This document shows positions 57,887-64,000 of a stretch of 64,000 nt of DNA, one piece after another. The DNA is taken from contig CAZIGK010000005.1 in assembly GCA_964538615.1 (NCBI GenBank), positions 55,822-119,821 on the forward strand. The letters are read 5' to 3'. The position numbers and the translations under genes are program-made. The notes under the pieces were generated by a model, which saw only the letters and a list, made by a program, of their open reading frames with translations, did not search any database and was not told the DNA's origin. Origin of the DNA: an uncultured Rickettsiales bacterium. Lineage in GTDB: Bacteria; Pseudomonadota; Alphaproteobacteria; Rickettsiales; RI-342. The first letter of the stretch is position 1. Every line of letters begins with the position of its first letter.

Positions 57887-59319
57887 TGCCGGTTCGTTCC
57901 ATGATGAAAGCCATGACCTGTACGGTGGCGCTTGCATTGGGTTTTGCAGCGTTTATCAGCGAAGCCTTAGCTGCCACCACGCAGATACAGGTGCCGGTTA
58001 GCCGTTCTGAACTTCTGGTTCTGCCGGAAGGCATTGAGCAGGTAGTGATTGCTGACCCCAATATTGCGGATGTGTTTGTGCATGGCGCGACACGTGTGTC
58101 TGTGGTCGGCAAGGCATTGGGATCCACGTCTCTGCGTATTTTTGACGAGAATGGTAATCTCGTGACGGATGCAGTGGTGAAAGTGACGTATGATTTGCCG
58201 GAGATTCGTCAGGCCGTGAAAAACTTTTTCCCCAATGAGCGTGTGGGAATTGAAACGGTGAATGATAACGTGGCTATTACAGGGATGATTAGCGATGCAC
58301 AGACCGCCAAGAGTGTGGTGGATGTGGTTGAAGAGTATTTAAACGAGGAGCGTCTTTCTCCGGATGAGCCTGCGAAGGTGATTAATCTGGCGAAAATACG
58401 TTCCGGACAGCAGGTGCTTTTACGTGTGCGTATTGGAGAGCTGGAGCGCCGTACGTTGAAAAATCTCGGCGTCAATCTGGCGGCTGCACGCTCTGTAGGG
58501 AATTATGTGTTTCAGTTTGCTACCGGCTCTGGTGCGCAGAGCTTTTTTGGAGATGATCAGGCATTTGGCGGCTCTCCTTTCCGGTTGCCATCAGGGGATA
58601 GCTTTCTGACGGCTGGCGGCGGCATTCGCTCTGGTAATAATGCTTTGGGTGCCGTGTTGGATGCACTGGAGCAGGATGGTCTGTTCAAGGTGCTGGCGGA
58701 GCCGAACCTGACGGCCATGTCGGGTGAAAATGCCGAGTTTTTGGTAGGGGGAGAGTTTCCTATCCCGGTATCGCAAGGCAATGGTGGGGTGAGTGTGCAG
58801 TTCCGTGAATATGGGATTGGGGTGCAGTTTACGCCGCTGGTGCTTTCTCCGGATCGGATACGTTTGGTGGTACAGCCTGAAGTTTCTGAAATTGACACGT
58901 CTCTGACGGTGGATACGGGCACAGGCTCTGAGAACGGGGTGCCCGCTCTGACGACTCGCCGCGTCAAGACCACGATTGAGCTTGCTCCAGGCGAAGGTTT
59001 TATGTTGGCAGGGTTGATTAGCGATCAGGTGTCAACCTCTGTGAATGAGGTGCCGGGTGTGGCGGAGATTCCGTTGGTGAGTTCATTATTCCGCAGCACG
59101 TCTTTCCGTCGGAGTGAGCGCGAGCTGGTGGTGGCTGTGACCCCTTATCTGGTGGATCCGGTGGCGGGGACGGAGATTCGTTTGCCTGCGGATGACTATC
59201 GCACGCCTTCTTTGATGGAGCAGGTGTTCTATGGCAGCATTGGTCACTCAACCAAAGAGACCATGCGTATTTCGCAAACGCCTTCTGTGGAAGGTCCTAT
59301 TGGCTTCATGGTGGATTAA
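57883..59319 (+). CDS. cpaC: Tad pilus secretin CpaC/RcpA
   Basis: Signal peptide, pilus N-terminal domain, BON-like region, and secretin core ..LAEPNLTAMSGENAEFLVGGEFP.. with ..VPGVAEIPLVSSLFRS... Confidence 0.9.
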   Translation: MMPVRSMMKAMTCTVALALGFAAFISEALAATTQIQVPVSRSELLVLPEGIEQVVIADPNIADVFVHGATRVSVVGKALGSTSLRIFDENGNLVTDAVVKVTYDLPEIRQAVKNFFPNERVGIETVNDNVAITGMISDAQTAKSVVDVVEEYLNEERLSPDEPAKVINLAKIRSGQQVLLRVRIGELERRTLKNLGVNLAAARSVGNYVFQFATGSGAQSFFGDDQAFGGSPFRLPSGDSFLTAGGGIRSGNNALGAVLDALEQDGLFKVLAEPNLTAMSGENAEFLVGGEFPIPVSQGNGGVSVQFREYGIGVQFTPLVLSPDRIRLVVQPEVSEIDTSLTVDTGTGSENGVPALTTRRVKTTIELAPGEGFMLAGLISDQVSTSVNEVPGVAEIPLVSSLFRSTSFRRSERELVVAVTPYLVDPVAGTEIRLPADDYRTPSLMEQVFYGSIGHSTKETMRISQTPSVEGPIGFMVD

Positions 59320-59320
59320 G

Positions 59321-59887
59321 ATGATGCGTAAAACACTGCTTATTGCCCTTTCAGCCTGTGTTATCAATGCCTGTAGCCACATTCCAAACGCGGCTTATAA
59401 CAGCCGTACGGGGCCGGAAGCATTGCTGGATGTATCATCTGAGCAAGTGAGTGTGAGCCTGAACACTGCACAGGGGCTGGATCAGTTGGTAGAATGGCTG
59501 AATGATGATCAGCCTACCCGGATTGAACTTTATTGTGCTTCTATGGATGATATTTGCGGTCAGGCACAGGAGATCATTGAGCAGTTTGCGGTGCCGTACG
59601 ATGTGTATGTGGATCCACTGAATCAGGCGACACTGGTGTATGATCGGGTGGTGGCGAGAGATTGCGACCACCGTTTTATGAGCAATCATATTAACCCGTA
59701 TAACCTGAACCATCCGACATTTGGTTGCGCGATGGCCGTGAACCAACTACAGATGATTGCGGATAAGCAGCAAATTATTTCTCCGGCCTTGACAGATTAT
59801 CAGGATGCGAGAAAAATGGTGCAAACGCCAGAGAAATACCTGCAGCCAAGTGCGCTTGAAACGGATGCGGGTAGCCTGATACAGTAA
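59321..59887 (+). CDS. cpaD: Pilus assembly lipoprotein, CpaD-like
   Basis: Lipobox LSACVINAC, four further Cys, and its position between the secretin and cpaE. The family assignment rests mainly on context. Confidence 0.55.
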   Translation: MMRKTLLIALSACVINACSHIPNAAYNSRTGPEALLDVSSEQVSVSLNTAQGLDQLVEWLNDDQPTRIELYCASMDDICGQAQEIIEQFAVPYDVYVDPLNQATLVYDRVVARDCDHRFMSNHINPYNLNHPTFGCAMAVNQLQMIADKQQIISPALTDYQDARKMVQTPEKYLQPSALETDAGSLIQ

Positions 59888-59913
59888 TTCTTTAGATACG
59901 TAAGAAGGAAGAG

Positions 59914-61131
59914 ATGCTGAATAACCCCGTTTTTTTGGCCGTAGTCACGGACGAATCCGTCAGCTTACTGGCCAACCAGACGGCTACGAGTTTGGGCTTT
60001 TCTTCCGCTATTGTGGTGCATGGAAATGCCGCAGATGCTGCACAACGTATCCAATCTGAGCATTTGTACCCTCGCTATATTTTGCTGGATATTGGTAACC
60101 GTACCTTTGAGACTTTGTCTGACATAGATGTGTTGGCAGAGCACTGTCCACCGGATGTGCAGGTGATTGCGGTTGGGCAGGTGAATGATATTCGTTTCTA
60201 CCGTGAGTTAATACAGCGCGGTGTGCTGGAATATTTCCCATTGCCTGTTGACGCGGCGGATTTGAAAAAAGCACTGGTAGACGCAGAGAATGCCAACCGT
60301 GCAGGGGGGGACTCGAAAGTTATTACTTTTATGAGTGCGGCCTCTGGCGATGGTGCAAGTAGCGTTGCGTTGAACACAGCCTATTGTCTGGCGCGTTATG
60401 CCAAAAAGCGCGTGGTGATTATTGACATGGATTTCCAATTCGGGATGGTTGCCCGCAATTTGGATCTTAGCACTCCCTTTGGGATTAAAGAGTTGTTTGA
60501 GCACCCTGATCGGGAAGTTGATGAGACTCTGATTCAACGGATGCTGGTGGAATACACTCACAATATGTATGTGATTGCGGCTCCATCTGATTTGCGGATG
60601 TGGCCAGATATTAAGCCAGAAATGATTCATAATCTGCTACAGTTATTACGGCAGCAGTTTGATTTTGTGATTGTGGATTTGCCGCATATTTGGTCACACT
60701 GGCTATCTGCCGCGATTAATGTGGCGGATCATAATGTGCTGGTTGCCCAATTATGGTTGCGTTCCGTGACCCATACGGCGCGTATTTTGGGCGTTTTCCG
60801 TGAAAGTGGTGTGACGGAAAAGTCGGTCATTTCGGTGATAAACCGTAGCGGCGCGAAGTTTAAAGAGGCGGTAACGGCAACAGATTATGAAAATGTTTGC
60901 CGTAAATCCATTGATTTTTATCTGGCTAATGACATTAAGACTATCGTTTCCGCTGAAAACGAGGGCAAAACTGTACCGGAAGTAGGGAGTAGTTTGCTAG
61001 CCAAGCAGTTTCGTGAATTGGCATCGCATCTGGTGGGAGAGAACTTAGTCGACGAAAATGAGTCGGCTCTTAACCAAACCGCAACCAAGGGGCCGCTATC
61101 ATCGCTTGCATCTGCCTTTACAAAACGGTGA
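59914..61131 (+). CDS. cpaE: CpaE/TadZ-like pilus localisation protein (receiver-like N-domain plus MinD/ParA-like domain with a degenerate P-loop)
   Basis: Domain layout and its position before cpaF. The Walker A position reads SAASGDGASSVA instead of the KGGxGK[ST]-type. Confidence 0.75.
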   Translation: MLNNPVFLAVVTDESVSLLANQTATSLGFSSAIVVHGNAADAAQRIQSEHLYPRYILLDIGNRTFETLSDIDVLAEHCPPDVQVIAVGQVNDIRFYRELIQRGVLEYFPLPVDAADLKKALVDAENANRAGGDSKVITFMSAASGDGASSVALNTAYCLARYAKKRVVIIDMDFQFGMVARNLDLSTPFGIKELFEHPDREVDETLIQRMLVEYTHNMYVIAAPSDLRMWPDIKPEMIHNLLQLLRQQFDFVIVDLPHIWSHWLSAAINVADHNVLVAQLWLRSVTHTARILGVFRESGVTEKSVISVINRSGAKFKEAVTATDYENVCRKSIDFYLANDIKTIVSAENEGKTVPEVGSSLLAKQFRELASHLVGENLVDENESALNQTATKGPLSSLASAFTKR

Positions 61132-61138
61132 GCAAGAC

Positions 61139-62689
61139 ATGGCTTTTGGAAAAAAATTTGGCATTGGTGGAGCGGCAACCCCCCCAACTTCGGGTGGCGT
61201 AGTATCGGCGCCTGTGTCAGGTGGCGTTCACGCGGCTTCTCCACAGTCTGTGACGAAAACACATATGCCGGAAGCATCGGTGCCTGCTGCACCTGCCGCG
61301 CCTAATGCCGCAGCCGATGTTGCCAAAGCGGTGCAGGAAGTGCATGAGGATACACCGTTGATTCGGTACCGGGATAGCAAGCTGGAAACACCGGAATATG
61401 TGAAGGCGCGCTGGCAGTTGGTAGAAGTGATTCTGGAAAAGATGGACTTCAAGCAGCTGGAAGGGATGCATGCCAGCCGTAAAAAAGAATTGATCCAGAT
61501 AAGCTCTAAACAATTGATACCGGAATTGCAGGTGCCGTTGAACGGTGCGCAGCAGGAGTTGCTATCGCAGCAAATGCCGGATGAAATTTTAGGTTTTGGG
61601 CCATTGGAGCCGCTGATGCGTGATCCGGATGTGTCGGATATCATGATTAACACGCATCGAACGATTTACATCGAAAAACATGGTAAGCTGGCGCGTTGTG
61701 ATATTGACTTTGCGTCTGAGAGTCATTTGCTGAATGTGATTCAACGGATTGTGTCGTTGGTGGGGCGTCGCGTTGATGAATCCAGTCCGATGGTGGATGC
61801 GCGCATGCCAGACGGCTCACGTTTTAACGCGATTATTCCGCCGCTGGCTCTGGACGGCAGTCTGGTATCTATTCGTAAGTTTAAAAAGAATAAAATGCCG
61901 CTGCGCGATTATGTGAAATATGGCTCTATGACTGATGAGATGGCCAGTTTTCTGGAAATTTGTGGCGCCATACGTTTGAATATTCTGGTATCCGGGGGTA
62001 CGGGTTCGGGTAAGACAACACTCTTGAATGCATTGTCTGGGAATATTTCACTGGAAGAGCGGGTGATTACCATTGAGGATGCCGCAGAATTGCAACTGCA
62101 TCAGCCGCACGTGTTGCGACTGGAGACACGTCCGCCGAATGCCGAAGGAGCCGGAGAAGTAACCCAGCGCCAATTGGTGAAGAACGCACTGCGGATGCGC
62201 CCTGACCGTATTATTTTGGGGGAGATTCGTGGAGCAGAGGTGATTGACGTGTTGGCGGCCATGAATACGGGTCACGAAGGTTCCATGGCGACGATTCACG
62301 CGAATAATCCAAGAGATTGTCTGGCGCGTATTGAAAACCTGGTTGGGATGGCGGGCATTGCCCTGCCAACGGTTGCGCTGCGCGGTCAGGTGGCAAGTGC
62401 GATTCAGTTAATTGTCCAGCTTTCACGTATGCGGGATGGAACACGTCGCATTACCCATATCGAGGAGATTGTGGGGATGGAAACCGATGTGATTACCACG
62501 CAGAAGATCTTTGGTTACAAACCAGGGCCGATGGATGCGAACGGAAAGTTGACCGGGTATTACTACTACACAGGTATTAAACCCCGCTTTTTTGAGCAGG
62601 CAATCCATTATAACCTGTCTGATAAGCTGGACGCGGTTTTGCGCGCGGCTGAAGAGCGTCAGCGGGCTGAACAGACGAGGAGACATTGA
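61139..62689 (+). CDS. cpaF: Tad pilus ATPase CpaF/TadA (VirB11/GspE superfamily)
   Basis: Walker [16 protein letters not shown], ..IEDAAEL.., ..[14 protein letters not shown].., and His box ..[13 protein letters not shown]... Start trimmed to the ATG at 61139. Confidence 0.95.
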   Translation: MAFGKKFGIGGAATPPTSGGVVSAPVSGGVHAASPQSVTKTHMPEASVPAAPAAPNAAADVAKAVQEVHEDTPLIRYRDSKLETPEYVKARWQLVEVILEKMDFKQLEGMHASRKKELIQISSKQLIPELQVPLNGAQQELLSQQMPDEILGFGPLEPLMRDPDVSDIMINTHRTIYIEKHGKLARCDIDFASESHLLNVIQRIVSLVGRRVDESSPMVDARMPDGSRFNAIIPPLALDGSLVSIRKFKKNKMPLRDYVKYGSMTDEMASFLEICGAIRLNILVSGGTGSGKTTLLNALSGNISLEERVITIEDAAELQLHQPHVLRLETRPPNAEGAGEVTQRQLVKNALRMRPDRIILGEIRGAEVIDVLAAMNTGHEGSMATIHANNPRDCLARIENLVGMAGIALPTVALRGQVASAIQLIVQLSRMRDGTRRITHIEEIVGMETDVITTQKIFGYKPGPMDANGKLTGYYYYTGIKPRFFEQAIHYNLSDKLDAVLRAAEERQRAEQTRRH

Positions 62690-63672
62690 TGCTGGTTCCG
62701 GCACTCATTTCCATTACTCTGGCCTTGCTGGCACTTGGCTTTATGCCTGTGTTGATGGGAAAGACGTCTTCTAAGCGAACGAAGGAAGTGCTGGAGCGCA
62801 TTGGTTCGGAGACACGCAGTGCCGGGCGTGCGGATGATGCGAATCGGCGGATTTTGAAGACCATACGTCTTAGTGAATCCGAGTCCATGGATGCGCTGTT
62901 ACGCAAGATTCCTCTGATGGAATCAACCAATGATTTGCTATTAAAAAGTGGTTTACGCATTAGCTTTGTGCATCTGCTGGCTGTGATGGCAGGTATTTTT
63001 TTGGGAAGTATTCTATTATTTGATGGGGTGCTAGGCTGGACCGCAGGGGGGGTGCCGCTGGGCTTGCCTTTGGGGATTTTACTGAGTTTGTTTGGAACCA
63101 GAATGTTTTTGAAAAACCGCGTCAAAGCAAGACAGGAGAAGTTTATTGACCTGTTTCCCGATGCGGTGGATATGATTGTGCGAAGCGTTCGCTCTGGGCA
63201 CCCGCTTTCGACGGCGTTGCGTATGATTGCTGAAAACGTACAGGAACCGGTGGGTACGGAGTTTCAGCAGGTTGTGGATGAAATAGCGTATGGGCGATCA
63301 TTGGGAGATTCTATGAACCGTCTGGCGCGGAGGATTGACCAGACGGATATTAAATTTTTCGTGGTTGTATTGAATGTGCAGCAGGAGACGGGCGGCAATT
63401 TGGGAGAGGTATTGAGCAACCTGTCTAATATTTTGCGCAAAAGGAAGCAGATGCGTTTAAAAATCAAGGCGCTAACAGCAGAAGGGCGTATGACCGCCTA
63501 CATTCTGGGAGCGTTGCCGCTGGGAGTGTTGGCAGTGTTGCATTTGCTAAGCCCTGGTTATCTGGTGCCCTTGTTTAAGGATTCGGTGGGTAATTTTATT
63601 TTGGTATTGAGTGCTGTATTGGTATTGGCAGCGTTCTTTGTGGTGCGCAAAATGGTGGATATTGACGTCTGA
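62689..63672 (+). CDS. tadB: Tad pilus inner-membrane platform protein TadB
   Basis: GspF-like domain (..FIDLFPDAVDMIVRSVRSGHPLSTAL..). The ATG overlaps the cpaF stop (TGATG). The track start is TTG at 62686. Confidence 0.85.
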   Translation: MLVPALISITLALLALGFMPVLMGKTSSKRTKEVLERIGSETRSAGRADDANRRILKTIRLSESESMDALLRKIPLMESTNDLLLKSGLRISFVHLLAVMAGIFLGSILLFDGVLGWTAGGVPLGLPLGILLSLFGTRMFLKNRVKARQEKFIDLFPDAVDMIVRSVRSGHPLSTALRMIAENVQEPVGTEFQQVVDEIAYGRSLGDSMNRLARRIDQTDIKFFVVVLNVQQETGGNLGEVLSNLSNILRKRKQMRLKIKALTAEGRMTAYILGALPLGVLAVLHLLSPGYLVPLFKDSVGNFILVLSAVLVLAAFFVVRKMVDIDV

Positions 63673-64000
63673 TGGGTATTAGCTTTGTATTTCCTCTGAT
63701 CTTTGCGATTGGGCTGACACTGTTCATTCTGAACCTGTTTAATAAGCAACAGGAGCGTGGAAATATTCGTGACCGCGTGAAGGGAATCATGCGGCAGAAT
63801 AGTGCGGCAGATGAAGAGTTTGAACGGCTGGAAAGTTACCGGGATGAACCAAGCCAGTTAGCGCAAACACTGGATAAAATATTACAGGCGTTGAAAATTA
63901 GCAGTGAAGAAAATAGCCGAGAGACGCAAATGAAATTTGCGCAATCGGGAATACGCTCATCTAATGCACTGATTTATTATATATTTTTTAAGAAATTGGG
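63672..64000 (+). CDS. tadC: Tad pilus inner-membrane platform protein TadC. This is the N-terminal part, truncated by the right window edge.
   Basis: ATGA overlap with the tadB stop. The translation MGISFVFPLIFAIGLTLFILN... has an N-terminal TM and stays open to the window end. The assignment is by position. Confidence 0.65.
   Translation, partial: MGISFVFPLIFAIGLTLFILNLFNKQQERGNIRDRVKGIMRQNSAADEEFERLESYRDEPSQLAQTLDKILQALKISSEENSRETQMKFAQSGIRSSNALIYYIFFKKL

Noticed and set aside
1-64000. Search by eye for rRNA, tRNA, CRISPR arrays, IS elements, transposases, integrases, and phage or defence gene clusters
   Set aside because: None found. All long ORFs are accounted for by housekeeping or envelope genes, the Tad locus, or the few hypothetical genes listed. 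I saw no spaced direct repeats or terminal inverted repeats.

Overview
The window is a gene-dense stretch of mostly core chromosome, about 55% GC by eye. Synteny suggests an alphaproteobacterium: rpsF-rpsR-membrane protein-rplI, fabD-fabG-acpP-fabF-mltG, pal-cpoB-tilS-ftsH, an hdaA-like gene, exoD and a cpa/tad pilus locus. This taxonomic call is an inference.

Recognisable content, in order:
- 1-12 kb: partial ruvC, GNAT, dctA, an orphan sensor kinase, PBP1A, an ABC exporter, glmU, thiD, hslU.
- 12-23 kb: a 619-aa orphan protein behind a structured leader, pgk, pal, cpoB, tilS, ftsH, glmM.
- 23-35 kb: ybgC-tolQRA, dnaB, the ribosomal protein cluster, the fab cluster, mltG.
- 35-48 kb: folD, a DASS transporter, hdaA, purMN, ndk, OmpA-type lipoproteins, a cbiB-like gene, exoD, mutT, a type IV pilin-like gene.
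- 48-64 kb: cutA, rpmB, kdsB, der, bamB, guaA and a Tad locus (cpaB, C, D, E, F, tadB, partial tadC).

I found no rRNA, tRNA, CRISPR array, IS element or prophage, and no obvious multi-gene novel system such as a defence island.

The items most worth follow-up are:
- a CpaB homolog with a ~230-aa insertion of four tandem helical repeats;
- an orphan non-Flp pilin behind a perfect CtrA-box motif;
- a candidate CU-rich sRNA or leader with a strong terminator upstream of the 619-aa orphan gene;
- a ~17-residue-period beta-helix protein;
- a permuted Tol-Pal cluster with no tolB.

All functional calls come from motif and family recognition by eye on the supplied translations. No database search was run.
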